From contig JAGFCA010000028.1 in assembly GCA_022394755.1 (NCBI GenBank), positions 3,237 to 67,236 of the forward strand: a stretch of 64,000 nt of DNA. Reading direction: 5' to 3'. A program made the position numbers and the translations under genes. The stretch comes from Candidatus Poribacteria bacterium (GTDB taxonomy: Bacteria; Poribacteria; WGA-4E; WGA-3G). Of this stretch, positions 1 through 9,942 are shown piece after piece; position 1 is the first letter of the stretch, and each line of letters begins with the position of its first letter. The notes beneath the pieces are model-generated. The model was not told where the DNA came from and searched no databases. It was given only the letters and a program-made list of their open reading frames with translations.

Positions 1-3000
1 GAAGATATTACACAAGAAACGTTCCTGAATGCATATCAAAAACTCTCTACGCTAAAGGAACCTCAGCGTTTCTCAAGTTGGCTCTATGTCATAGCAACCA
101 ACCGTTGTAAAGCATGGCTGTGTCAGAAACGTCTATGGACACAACCCTTGGATAAAGTAAGTAGTTCAGAATTAGAAAAAGCAACATATTCTGGACATAT
201 CATAGAAGAGAACAACAAAATGGCCGTGGAGACACAACATGAGGTTGTACAAAAACTACTTGAAAAGTTACAAGAGAGTGACCGGACAGTCATTTCACTC
301 TACTACCTTGGGGAAATGACATACGAGGAAATAAGCGAGTTTTTAGGCGTATCAATAGGTGCAATTAAAAGTCGACTTCACCGAGCAAGACAACGCCTTA
401 AGAAGGAGGAACCTATGATAAGAGAAGAACTTGAGCATTTTCAAATTTCACCTGCCCTCACAGAAAATATCATGCAAGAGATCGCACGACTTAAACCTGC
501 TGCACCTTCTACCAGCAAACCTTTGAACCCATGGGTGATAAGTGCAACAAGTACAGTTTTGATTGTACTAATGCTCGGTATAGGTAGTCAATACGTAGCA
601 CGTTTTCAGCAACCTTATAGTTTGGATGCGCAATCGGAAAGAGCAATTGAACTCATTGACGCGTTTATTGTGGAAAATGTTGACGTCAAACCGGAGTTCC
701 AAAATCAACTGGGAGCACGTTCCGATACGAATGATAAAAAAGGACGGAATGGTCGGAATGGTGAGAAAGCAAATCAGGTTTTAGGTGATAAAGATGATTA
801 CACTCGGTGGAATTTGCCTGAACACGCAAAGCAGCGGCTTGGAAAAGGTACTATAACCGATATGCATCTATCCCCTGATAGTTCCCACCTTGCTATTGTA
901 AGTTCTACCGGCGTATGGCTTTATGATGTTAACTTAGGGACTGAAACTTCCCTATTTAGGAAAGATACAGATTTAATAGGACTTGTCACGTTCTCACCGG
1001 AGGGCAAAACGCTTGTGAGTGCTGGCAGTGACAATATAATCCGAAGTTGGGATGTTGAGAGTGGAAAGCTGCTTATGAAATTCAATAGTCTTAGCGATTC
1101 ACTTTCCTCTTTGAAATTCTTAGATGATGGTAAAACACTTACTGGGACGAATTTGGATGGTACTGCCTGGTTTTGGAACATCGCTACCGGAGAACATCTA
1201 AAAACTTTTCATCCCGGGGTTTTAGATAAAGTAAAAATCAAAGACATACCTTGGCCCCGTGCATTAGATATCTATATTTTACCTACCGGCGTAGTCAAAT
1301 ATGCTATTGGAAACGAGGATGGCACAATCAGCCTGCAAGATGGACGGAGCATACAAGATGGAGGAACCAGTCAAGAGGTACGAACGCTTGTAGCTCGTAC
1401 AAATGATGCAGCATTTTTCAAGTTACTCGAAGAACATCGTGAAAAGGCAAATTTCAGGGTTGTAAGAATTCCTACGGATCCTGAAGAAGATGACGAAAAG
1501 CCATCTCCCACGAACTATAGGGAGGATGGTACACCATTTCCTATACAATACAATTTTCAAAAATACTCTCCATCGCATTTAGATAAACAACCTGTGAAAT
1601 GGGTAAAGGAACTGAAATTTTCACCGGATGGCAAAATGCTTGTGAGTAAGAGTCGTTATCGGATTTCAAAATCAGATGGTTGGTCAGGCGTTGCAGGTCC
1701 TACTGAAATTTGGAATGTTGATACCGGTGAACAGCTGGCAGCACTTCCTGAATACGTCGACGTAAAGTTTTCAGATGATAGCAAAACCCTCGCACTTATA
1801 TCACAGAATGCTTTCACAAGAGGAAACTGCGCAATATGGGATATTGTTAATCAATGTCAAATTGCTGAGTTTTTATCTACATCGTACGTAGAGTTTTCAG
1901 GTGATGGCAAAACCCTTAATATAAGAAAAGGTGACAGATATGATAGAAACTGGAATCTTATAGAAAGGGCAAGTTATACAATATGGGATATTGACACCCA
2001 AAGTGAAATTACCTCTCTTACTTTGGATGAATATCCGTTTTTACTTTTGTCTAAAAACCATCTGTTTTCTCAAGATGGAACAGTTCTTGTAACTGAGAAT
2101 CAAATTGGCACAGTAGATGTGTGGGACATAAAAAAGAGGGCACAGCCACGAGCCCTTACTAAAGACTACGCTCAAAAGATTACTACGTTGGCGTTTACCC
2201 ATGACGGCAAAACCTTAGCAAGCGGAGGTGACGGTAGTATCCAATTATGGGATACAGACAGTGGCGACAAATTGACTGCAATTAGTACGGGCAAAAACAA
2301 CATTGACGGTTTAACCTTTGCCAGAGACAATAATATCTTAAATGCTGTAGGATTCGCTTCCACCGTTCAGTGGGATGTCACCAGTGGAACCCTGATTAGT
2401 GCTAACACTATTCCGATTAGCTTGATAGGTCCTGGAGGAATCCAAACTTCTTGGGACGATGGAACATCATTTACATTCCCTATATATGTATATTCTCCAA
2501 ATTTCAGAACACTGGCTGCTAAAAATAGAACAAAGAATAAAAACAGTAAGATTGAGTTGTGGAATGTTACCACCCGTAAACATCTATGTAGTCTTACAGA
2601 AAAGGCGTATCAATCGGCTAAGGGAACTATGGCACTAACCCCAGATGGAAGCATCCTCGCAACCGATAATCGAACAGGTAAAGTGTTCTTGTGGGACACG
2701 CACACCGACAAACGAATTGCCACGCTCAATACACACGAAAATTTGATAAAAAAAGTGTTATTGGGAAGTCCTGGTATTTATGCTATGATATTTGATCCCG
2801 ATGGAAAAAACTTGGCAATCGGAATTGGAGATAAGGAGATCCAATTGTGGGAGATTAACGCTCAAAAATGTGTTAGAACCTTCAAAGCACTACATAAATA
2901 TGCAATCTGCAAATTGGCATTCTCGCCGGATGGCTCTCTTCTCGCGAGTGGAGATACGGGAGGTGAAATTCACTTATGGGAGGTGACCACTGGCACGCAT

Positions 3001-3126
3001 CTTGCCTCTTATGTAGGACATAAAGGTAATATCGGGGCTTTAGTGTTTTCCAAAGATAGGGAACTACTTGCGAGCACAAGCAGCCTTGATGGCACCGTCC
3101 TCTTGTGGGATGTGCCATTGAAATAG
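1..3126 (+). CDS. ECF-type sigma-70 factor (5' partial, continues upstream of window) fused in frame to a transmembrane helix and a large WD40 beta-propeller domain
   Basis: Frame 1 is open from nt 1. The N-terminal translation has sigma-70 region 2 (FLNAYQKL...WLYVIATNRCKAWL) and region 4 HTH (LYYLGEMTYEEISEFLGVSIGAIKSRLHRARQRL). A hydrophobic TM segment follows (WVISATSTVLIVLMLGIGS). After it come many WD40-like repeats (DGKTL..WD, SPDGK motifs). Confidence 0.8.
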   Translation, partial: EDITQETFLNAYQKLSTLKEPQRFSSWLYVIATNRCKAWLCQKRLWTQPLDKVSSSELEKATYSGHIIEENNKMAVETQHEVVQKLLEKLQESDRTVISLYYLGEMTYEEISEFLGVSIGAIKSRLHRARQRLKKEEPMIREELEHFQISPALTENIMQEIARLKPAAPSTSKPLNPWVISATSTVLIVLMLGIGSQYVARFQQPYSLDAQSERAIELIDAFIVENVDVKPEFQNQLGARSDTNDKKGRNGRNGEKANQVLGDKDDYTRWNLPEHAKQRLGKGTITDMHLSPDSSHLAIVSSTGVWLYDVNLGTETSLFRKDTDLIGLVTFSPEGKTLVSAGSDNIIRSWDVESGKLLMKFNSLSDSLSSLKFLDDGKTLTGTNLDGTAWFWNIATGEHLKTFHPGVLDKVKIKDIPWPRALDIYILPTGVVKYAIGNEDGTISLQDGRSIQDGGTSQEVRTLVARTNDAAFFKLLEEHREKANFRVVRIPTDPEEDDEKPSPTNYREDGTPFPIQYNFQKYSPSHLDKQPVKWVKELKFSPDGKMLVSKSRYRISKSDGWSGVAGPTEIWNVDTGEQLAALPEYVDVKFSDDSKTLALISQNAFTRGNCAIWDIVNQCQIAEFLSTSYVEFSGDGKTLNIRKGDRYDRNWNLIERASYTIWDIDTQSEITSLTLDEYPFLLLSKNHLFSQDGTVLVTENQIGTVDVWDIKKRAQPRALTKDYAQKITTLAFTHDGKTLASGGDGSIQLWDTDSGDKLTAISTGKNNIDGLTFARDNNILNAVGFASTVQWDVTSGTLISANTIPISLIGPGGIQTSWDDGTSFTFPIYVYSPNFRTLAAKNRTKNKNSKIELWNVTTRKHLCSLTEKAYQSAKGTMALTPDGSILATDNRTGKVFLWDTHTDKRIATLNTHENLIKKVLLGSPGIYAMIFDPDGKNLAIGIGDKEIQLWEINAQKCVRTFKALHKYAICKLAFSPDGSLLASGDTGGEIHLWEVTTGTHLASYVGHKGNIGALVFSKDRELLASTSSLDGTVLLWDVPLK

Positions 3127-3363
3127 TTAAAACAATACTTCAACAGAATTGTTACTTCATTATCTGGTCATTTATAGTAAAATCCGATAATATGTTCATA
3201 TTTCAATGAGTAACAATTCCTACACTCGCGTTGGCGAGGTGGAAATGCCTAAAGACAAATTCCTAACCGAATTGGTTTTTGATATGTCTCTTAGATACTA
3301 TTTCGGAAGCCGCATCTACTGGAGTGATGCACCATCCTACCGAAGAGAAGTTTCATTATCCAA

Positions 3364-6300
3364 TTACAATTCTGCACTTACAGTCATCTCTAACCGGTGT
3401 TCAGGTTTACGCTGTTTTGTTGAAAGAAGACGATAATTGAATCTGAATAATAGGTCCGTGAATTTACGCAACTTATAATCCACTGAGGTACGAACATCAT
3501 GACTTACTCCTTCATAAAAATAGTATTGAGCAAATGGAATACCTCCATCGCTTTTACCATAACCAAGTTTGTGGTTAATTTCAATCCGTCCTTTTCCAAA
3601 AATACTATAAATAAACTGATTCTCAAAGGAGAACGTCCGTGTCTTTGCATCAGGCTCTTCATCCAGTTGTTCTGTGTCAATTGTACGATTATATCCACCG
3701 ACACCACTCCACCGTATTGCGCGACTGATTTCATACTGTAGCTTCAATTCCGTTGTCCTCTCATATTGGTGTAGATCGGAAATTGGTATAGGTGGTAGAT
3801 CATCAACATCCGTGTTAGGATCCTCGTCTACATTTATCTCATCAAATTCAGAAAGATTAAGCTGACTATACCTCTCTTCTTCTCTACGTTGTTCCCAGTT
3901 TGCACCAATAGAGAGACGTTTCGTTGGATTTAAAGAGAAAGCAATATCCCAGGTACGGTAGTTCCTATGTCTTTCCTGTGTATTGATCCTTCTATTGAGT
4001 GAACGTCCGGTCCGGAAATTCACCTCAAAACTGAACCGTGGTGACGGGGAGATTTCCATGCGATGATGTTGGTTGATACGTCCAAAGAGTGTTTGTGAAT
4101 CTTGTAGATCTTGAAGCAGGTAAAGTGAAATTGCGTCTTCTGCTTCCTGTTCTTCTGTTAACCATAGACGTGTTTGTATTCTCAACGCGTTAAGAAACCA
4201 TGTGAATAGGTTATGTTTATTATCTACCTGTTTTGGTGTGTTTGCAGGAGTTGTTGGTGTCCGCAAGTTTTGTTCTATAGACTGTGTTCTGATGGTGTTG
4301 ATTTGGTTTCTGGCGCGGCGGGCAAGGAACAGACGTGGTTGAAGTCGTAATCGAAACGAAGCATCTACAGCAGTAGTAGGTTTATCACCGACATTTTGAT
4401 ATATTTTAATATATGTTCCCTCTTGTGTATCTTCCACATATCTTAGGTCATCCAGTCTAACATAGAAACCTTCACCGGGTTGGATCCGATGTCCTGTGAG
4501 AGGATGAATATCCGTATAGAATTCACGACGTTGGGTTGTGAGTTTTTTATCTAATTCATAGGTAATTTCAGCATCAACTGCACGATTGAATGGTGTGAAA
4601 TGGAGTGTTGTATCTGCCAATTGTGTAGTGGTATCTGTACCGAGATTGGAATGTGCTTTTACCATGCGTCGTGCGAGGTTTGTTTTTAGATTTACCCACT
4701 GTGCTTGTTGTGAAAAAAGCCCTACCTTCCATGTACGTGCTGTCGTAGCACGCATCCAATCAGAAATCCCCAAATATTCATCATCAAGGTTCAATAAGGG
4801 TTCTTTAGCATGTGTCTGTTCCAATTCGTAGCTTGTATTCATAGAAACCCATTTGAATTCAACAAGGTTAATGCTCCCCGAAGATCGGTTTCGTCTACGA
4901 TTTCGTGATGCAGTATAATCATCAATTGAGGTAAATCTATTAGATGTTCCAAGAAATTCAAAAGGTGAAAGCAGATAGGATAAACTCCCCTCTTGTCGTG
5001 ATTTCTGTATATTCTCATCTATACCCGTATCTACACTATTTTCCTCTATAATAGATGTGCTTTGATAGTTATTCCAACGGATGTTCGGCAATCTTCTTAG
5101 AAACGGTGTTTTTTCAGCAGGTTTATTAGTAGCACTGTTATCTATCGTAGTCGGGCTTCGTACGGAATCTGGTTGAAATGTGGTTCTATTAAAACCCGTT
5201 CCCCGAGTAAATATAGGTAAATTTGTACTTCCACTGCTTGAACGAGGTGTAAAGTTTGCCCCCCAATTAAAGTTATTTTTCAGTGTTGTCGGTCCTTCCT
5301 TCACTTCTTCAACAGATCTACCACCACCCAAAGCGAATTGCAGCCATTGATAGGGAAGTAGTTTAAAATCAAGGTTTAAGGTTTTCTCATCATTTGCTTG
5401 TGAAATCACACCTGGATCAAACAGTAATGCATCCTCAAAACCTTCAGTGGCGTATTGTGTTCCATACCGATCTCTATTTCTGTTGCTGCTTGATGCCCCA
5501 ACAGGTAGAAAATTAGCATCCATAGCTCGGACATCAATATTTCCAATTAGTTTTGGCTTAAACTTCTTAGACCATGTTGGAATTTCCCATCCTGTATAAC
5601 CGATAAGTTTCCATGCTTGATACAGATCTTTTCTGTCATTAGTGGAGTATGTATTCTTATCAATACCACTAAATGCCATTTCACAGTTGATCCAAGTCTG
5701 TTCAGTAAGGTTAAGTCGACTCTCCAATCCCCAGACAGTATGTTTTTGTGGTGGTGTAAGTAGGAAACCATCTCCATCAGGATCAAGCGTATTTTCACGG
5801 AGTGCCTGCAGATCCTCATCATCAAAAAGAACTAATGCCTGTTCAGGATCATCAATATCCGCTTCCACTGCGTAAGATGCCCCAAATGACAACCATTCCC
5901 TTGGAAGCGTAAACACACTATTGAGACCGTATAAATTTTGTTGATAGATACGATCTTCTGGTATATATTCAAAATCAACGCGGATGACATCGTTGCTTGT
6001 GATAAGATGTTTACTGTTAAATTCTATGATGGGATCACCGTATTCGCGTATGATGTAATCATTGTTTTCACCGCGTCGCATCTTCTCCCCGTTTAGCCAA
6101 ACGATTTCACTTCCAGCTTTAACAATAACAAACCTATCATCTACATTAAGCCTGTATTCACTACGTCCTTCTTCACCCCGAATAACTTTGCTTGTAGATT
6201 GTCCTTTTGGAAGTGCACTTGGGATAAGATGGAATTTCCCCCAATCGAAATCTCCTTCAACCTTAACACCTTCTAAAGCACGTGGAAAAAATATAAATTC

Positions 6301-7089
6301 TGATGGACCTAAAGATGCGTCAAAATCTCCTAATGTCCCTATCACGTTAGGATGTGTAATTCGAATTAATTTTTGGTTAATATCCTGAATATCCTCCGTC
6401 ATTCCTTCAGGTTGAATAGGTAAGTCCTGATCAGACAATATAGCCAAAACTTGTATATTATCTGAGACATTTCCTCTGACATTGATACGGAATTCTTGGT
6501 TTTGTGATAATGCGCGACCACTACCAACAGAAATTCCGAAAGTACGACTACCAGAATACTCTAACTGTGATGGTGTATTTGAAGATGATGAACTTGGAAC
6601 GGCTGGAGAAGTTTTTGGTTGGTTTACTAAATCAGGAGAAGAATCCTCTTTCTGTTCTTGTGCAGTCACATCCGATAGAGGATTCTTAAAGATGTCACGT
6701 TTGTATATCTTTAGAATATTGAAAGGTAAGGAACGATAGGTGATTATCCACTCGAAGACCTTCTGTTCGTCGATACTTTTATCGAAAGTAATGCTCCCTG
6801 ATGCGTAATCAATTTTGTAATCTTTCCTTCTTTCAAGTATGTCTCCGTTAATATTACGGATCTCTTCACTGTTTTCGACTATAGGAGGATGTTTGAGAGT
6901 CCATACCAGTTTATCTGGATCAATTTTTATTTTTTCTGTTTTATTAATAATGGAGAAAGTAGGTAATTTTAGTGAGGAATCTTGATTTTGAGATTCTGTT
7001 TGTGTGTAAGCACTGTTTATCAAAGAAAAAAAGAGGATTGTAATAAAGAAAACAGGTAAAGAAAGTAGAAATCTTGTAAACCCTTTCAT
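3364..7089 (-). CDS. Very large (about 1240 aa) secreted or outer-membrane protein of unknown function
   Basis: Long ORF. The likely start is MKGFTRFLLSLPVFFITILFFSLINSAYTQ, a signal peptide. The protein is rich in N, S, T and G and carries no recognisable catalytic motif. Confidence 0.6.
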   Translation of the reverse strand: MKGFTRFLLSLPVFFITILFFSLINSAYTQTESQNQDSSLKLPTFSIINKTEKIKIDPDKLVWTLKHPPIVENSEEIRNINGDILERRKDYKIDYASGSITFDKSIDEQKVFEWIITYRSLPFNILKIYKRDIFKNPLSDVTAQEQKEDSSPDLVNQPKTSPAVPSSSSSNTPSQLEYSGSRTFGISVGSGRALSQNQEFRINVRGNVSDNIQVLAILSDQDLPIQPEGMTEDIQDINQKLIRITHPNVIGTLGDFDASLGPSEFIFFPRALEGVKVEGDFDWGKFHLIPSALPKGQSTSKVIRGEEGRSEYRLNVDDRFVIVKAGSEIVWLNGEKMRRGENNDYIIREYGDPIIEFNSKHLITSNDVIRVDFEYIPEDRIYQQNLYGLNSVFTLPREWLSFGASYAVEADIDDPEQALVLFDDEDLQALRENTLDPDGDGFLLTPPQKHTVWGLESRLNLTEQTWINCEMAFSGIDKNTYSTNDRKDLYQAWKLIGYTGWEIPTWSKKFKPKLIGNIDVRAMDANFLPVGASSSNRNRDRYGTQYATEGFEDALLFDPGVISQANDEKTLNLDFKLLPYQWLQFALGGGRSVEEVKEGPTTLKNNFNWGANFTPRSSSGSTNLPIFTRGTGFNRTTFQPDSVRSPTTIDNSATNKPAEKTPFLRRLPNIRWNNYQSTSIIEENSVDTGIDENIQKSRQEGSLSYLLSPFEFLGTSNRFTSIDDYTASRNRRRNRSSGSINLVEFKWVSMNTSYELEQTHAKEPLLNLDDEYLGISDWMRATTARTWKVGLFSQQAQWVNLKTNLARRMVKAHSNLGTDTTTQLADTTLHFTPFNRAVDAEITYELDKKLTTQRREFYTDIHPLTGHRIQPGEGFYVRLDDLRYVEDTQEGTYIKIYQNVGDKPTTAVDASFRLRLQPRLFLARRARNQINTIRTQSIEQNLRTPTTPANTPKQVDNKHNLFTWFLNALRIQTRLWLTEEQEAEDAISLYLLQDLQDSQTLFGRINQHHRMEISPSPRFSFEVNFRTGRSLNRRINTQERHRNYRTWDIAFSLNPTKRLSIGANWEQRREEERYSQLNLSEFDEINVDEDPNTDVDDLPPIPISDLHQYERTTELKLQYEISRAIRWSGVGGYNRTIDTEQLDEEPDAKTRTFSFENQFIYSIFGKGRIEINHKLGYGKSDGGIPFAQYYFYEGVSHDVRTSVDYKLRKFTDLLFRFNYRLLSTKQRKPEHRLEMTVSAEL

Positions 7090-7132
7090 TCTTCTACCTT
7101 TCCATTGTTGTATCCTTCCAATCCTGTATATC

Positions 7133-8164
7133 TTATTCTGCTTTATTCGCATCTGATGTAGAATTCATCTTGTAAATCACATTGAAGACTTTAATATCTC
7201 CTGCATCCGTATCACTAACATATACTTGTCCGTTATCAGAGACAGCTATTCCGCAAGGGTTCAATAATGAATTTATAGTGAAATCAATGATAACATCACC
7301 TTCTTCGGTAAAGATCTGAATTCGTCTATTTCCACTATCTGTGACATACAGATAATTCCATTGGTCTGTTGTAATCCTTTTTGGTTCAATAAACTGTCCA
7401 AGACCACTTCCCTTCTCACCCCATGTCCGTATAGGATTTCCGCTAAAATCGAAACTTTTTATACTATGATTGCCTGTATCAACTACATACATAGTGCCAT
7501 GAGGATTTACAGTAATGTCAGTGGGATTCCAGAACTGTTCTCGGCTACTTCCAAAACTTCCCATTGTCATAACAGGCGCGAGGTTTCTATTGAATTGTAT
7601 CCAACGGTGATTTAAGGTATCAATTACAAAAACTTCACCATTTCGTCCAATACCAATTCCCTCAGGTGCATCAAATTGGATATCTTGTGTTGTATTGGAA
7701 ATAGGATAAAAAATTTGACTCAGTAAATTGCAGAACTGAACTCTATTATTCCCTGTATCGGCAACATAGAGCGTATCAAAACTGAGCGCAACATCATTTG
7801 GAAAATCAAACTCACCCTCTCGCCATCCATGGCTTCCTAATTCATTAACAAAGTGTCCATCCTTATCAATAATTTGTATTCTATTATTTCCTGCATCAGC
7901 GACATATAGTTGTTCATAGGCATCAATAATTAGTCCCATAGGATTTAGAAATTCCCCCGGTGCTTGTCCAATTCTCCCGATTGTTTTCATATAGTTTACA
8001 GCTAAAATCGGTGGAGCGTTGCGTCTTCGTATTGATGGGACAAAGTCAACATTAGGTATCGTTGTTTCTGATATGGGTGTGTTATTAGATTCTGGAATAG
8101 CGCAGCTCATAGTATAGAAAAGCATCGCTATGAGGACGAATCTTTTTGAAGTGAAAATCAAAAA
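7133..8164 (-). CDS. NHL-repeat beta-propeller protein, probably lipoprotein or secreted; start uncertain
   Basis: Repeated YVADxGNNR(I/V)Q motifs, typical of NHL repeats. The ORF is open to 8302 but would then overlap the upstream lipoprotein gene. A TTG start would give MIFTSKRFVLIAMLFYTMSC, a signal/lipobox-like N-terminus. Confidence 0.6.
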   Translation of the reverse strand, partial: FLIFTSKRFVLIAMLFYTMSCAIPESNNTPISETTIPNVDFVPSIRRRNAPPILAVNYMKTIGRIGQAPGEFLNPMGLIIDAYEQLYVADAGNNRIQIIDKDGHFVNELGSHGWREGEFDFPNDVALSFDTLYVADTGNNRVQFCNLLSQIFYPISNTTQDIQFDAPEGIGIGRNGEVFVIDTLNHRWIQFNRNLAPVMTMGSFGSSREQFWNPTDITVNPHGTMYVVDTGNHSIKSFDFSGNPIRTWGEKGSGLGQFIEPKRITTDQWNYLYVTDSGNRRIQIFTEEGDVIIDFTINSLLNPCGIAVSDNGQVYVSDTDAGDIKVFNVIYKMNSTSDANKAE

Positions 8165-8225
8165 AGACGTTATTGTGTATAACCTATTCGTGAATGTGAA
8201 ACTATTGTTTTGTTTTAGGACACGA

Positions 8226-8903
8226 TTACATCCGTTGCATCCTAAATTTAAAAACAAACGTTGTTTGATCACCATTGAATTCACTCGTAACTCGGGGAAC
8301 AATGATCCTTAGGTTTTTCGATTTATTACTCCGTTTTTTAAAATAAACAAAGAATCTGTGTGTGTTTTTCGGCATAATGTTTGTTTTTTTCAAATCTTCA
8401 GTTGGTAGAACTGCCGGATCACCTTGTACACGAATTGTCTTATCCCATCGAAAAACATCTGCTGCGAATTCTGGGGGTAATTTTGGTTTAAAAGACTTTT
8501 TAAAGTAGAAAGAGTGTTGTGATTTATCTATCTGTTTTACGATTTCACCTGATTGGTCAAGCATCTGGCAATCTTCTTTTATTAGACTAACCCAGTGATT
8601 TGTTCTGTTGTGAAGAATGATAGCGAATCCATCAAGATTCTTTACATCGTGGAGAGGAACGGCAATTGCGACGATACCATTTTTGGCATAAATTACAGCC
8701 CCTGTTTGAGGCGTAATATGTGCATCTGGATCAAAAACTGGAACAAGTCGTTCAGGTCTTAAAAAATCATTAATACTATCTGTAAAGGATGCACAGCCTG
8801 TTAAAGTAGTGGAAATAGTTAATATAATTAACATCGTGGAAATATACATTCCAATATTAGATAACTTGTGTCCAGAATTCATCGTTTTACAAAAACACCT
8901 CAT
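8226..8903 (-). CDS. Hypothetical lipoprotein
   Basis: AGGAGG ribosome-binding site upstream of the ATG. The N-terminus has a positively charged region, a hydrophobic stretch and the lipobox LTGC. Confidence 0.55.
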   Translation of the reverse strand: MRCFCKTMNSGHKLSNIGMYISTMLIILTISTTLTGCASFTDSINDFLRPERLVPVFDPDAHITPQTGAVIYAKNGIVAIAVPLHDVKNLDGFAIILHNRTNHWVSLIKEDCQMLDQSGEIVKQIDKSQHSFYFKKSFKPKLPPEFAADVFRWDKTIRVQGDPAVLPTEDLKKTNIMPKNTHRFFVYFKKRSNKSKNLRIIVPRVTSEFNGDQTTFVFKFRMQRM

Positions 8904-8976
8904 TTGATAGTGTTCCTCCTAAAATGTCTTAAATAAATCAGTTGTCAGTAGTCTATTAGAATAATGTGATCCTATT

Positions 8977-9927
8977 CTAATATGCTAACATCGCTGCCCC
9001 CACAAGTCCTGCTTGATTCCCTAATTTTGCAGGAACAATCTCCATGTTACTGGGTATATCCATTGTCCGTTGTTTAAATTCTCTCCGAATATGTTGAAAC
9101 AGTAAACTTTCCCCTGCAGCTGCGATTCCACCACCGATGATAGCAATCTGTGGGTTTAGAATGTGTGCGATTGATGTAAGAGCGATTCCAATGTATCTTC
9201 CTGTCTCAGAATAAATTTGTACAGCCAGTTCATCTCCATCGTTTGCGGCATTCGCAATCTGTTTCGGTGTTAAACTATCAGGATTCAAAGATGTTTTCAT
9301 ATCTTCTGCTATCCGTTGCTGTGTTCTTTCAATAATCCCTTTTGCCCCTGCGTATGCCTCAAGACATCCGAAATTACCGCATCCACACTTACGACCATTT
9401 GGTTGCACAATTGTATGTCCCAATTCACCTGCAGTATTCCAACTTCCGTGGTATACCTGTCTGTTAATAACGACACCTCCCCCAACCCCGGTACCGAGAG
9501 TGAGAGCAATAACATTCTCATATCCTATCCCAGCCCCGTGGTGCAACTCCCCTAATATCATCACGTTTACATCATTATCAATATATAGTGGTAGATCTAT
9601 ATCATCAAGTTCGGTTGATACATAATCCAGTAATGGAATATCTGTCCATCCAGGAAAATTTGGCGAAAAATGTATAATCCCGGAATTTGCGATGATGAGT
9701 CCTGGGGCTCCTATGCCGATTCCAATAATCTTCTTATTTTTTTCAGAATCAGATTCTACGGTATTTATGATCTTTCTGGCAGTTTCTGCAATACGAGTAG
9801 CTATAGGTTTTGCTCCCTCATCTACTTGCGTTGAAACAACCATTCGACAAGAAAGAGAACCGTCTTCACATAATAACCCTGCTTTAATGTCTGTTCCGCC
9901 AAGATCAATACCTATACTATAATTCAT
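8977..9927 (-). CDS. ROK-family sugar kinase (glucokinase / N-acetylglucosamine kinase-like)
   Basis: N-terminal GIDLGGT ATP-binding motif. ROK zinc motif CGCGNFGCLEAY is present. Confidence 0.8.
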   Translation of the reverse strand: MNYSIGIDLGGTDIKAGLLCEDGSLSCRMVVSTQVDEGAKPIATRIAETARKIINTVESDSEKNKKIIGIGIGAPGLIIANSGIIHFSPNFPGWTDIPLLDYVSTELDDIDLPLYIDNDVNVMILGELHHGAGIGYENVIALTLGTGVGGGVVINRQVYHGSWNTAGELGHTIVQPNGRKCGCGNFGCLEAYAGAKGIIERTQQRIAEDMKTSLNPDSLTPKQIANAANDGDELAVQIYSETGRYIGIALTSIAHILNPQIAIIGGGIAAAGESLLFQHIRREFKQRTMDIPSNMEIVPAKLGNQAGLVGAAMLAY

Positions 9928-9942
9928 AGTGGTTGTTTGTTA

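Noticed and set aside
3206-3436. 76-aa plus-strand ORF between the WD40 gene and the giant secreted protein gene
   Set aside because: It lies in the convergent intergenic region and overlaps the 3' end of the 1262-aa ORF on the other strand. It shows no motif. It is probably spurious.
9309-9555. Small ORFs on both strands inside the ROK kinase gene, and similar nested ORFs inside gyrB, gyrA, dnaX and mnmG
   Set aside because: They are nested within well-supported long genes and carry no independent signals.
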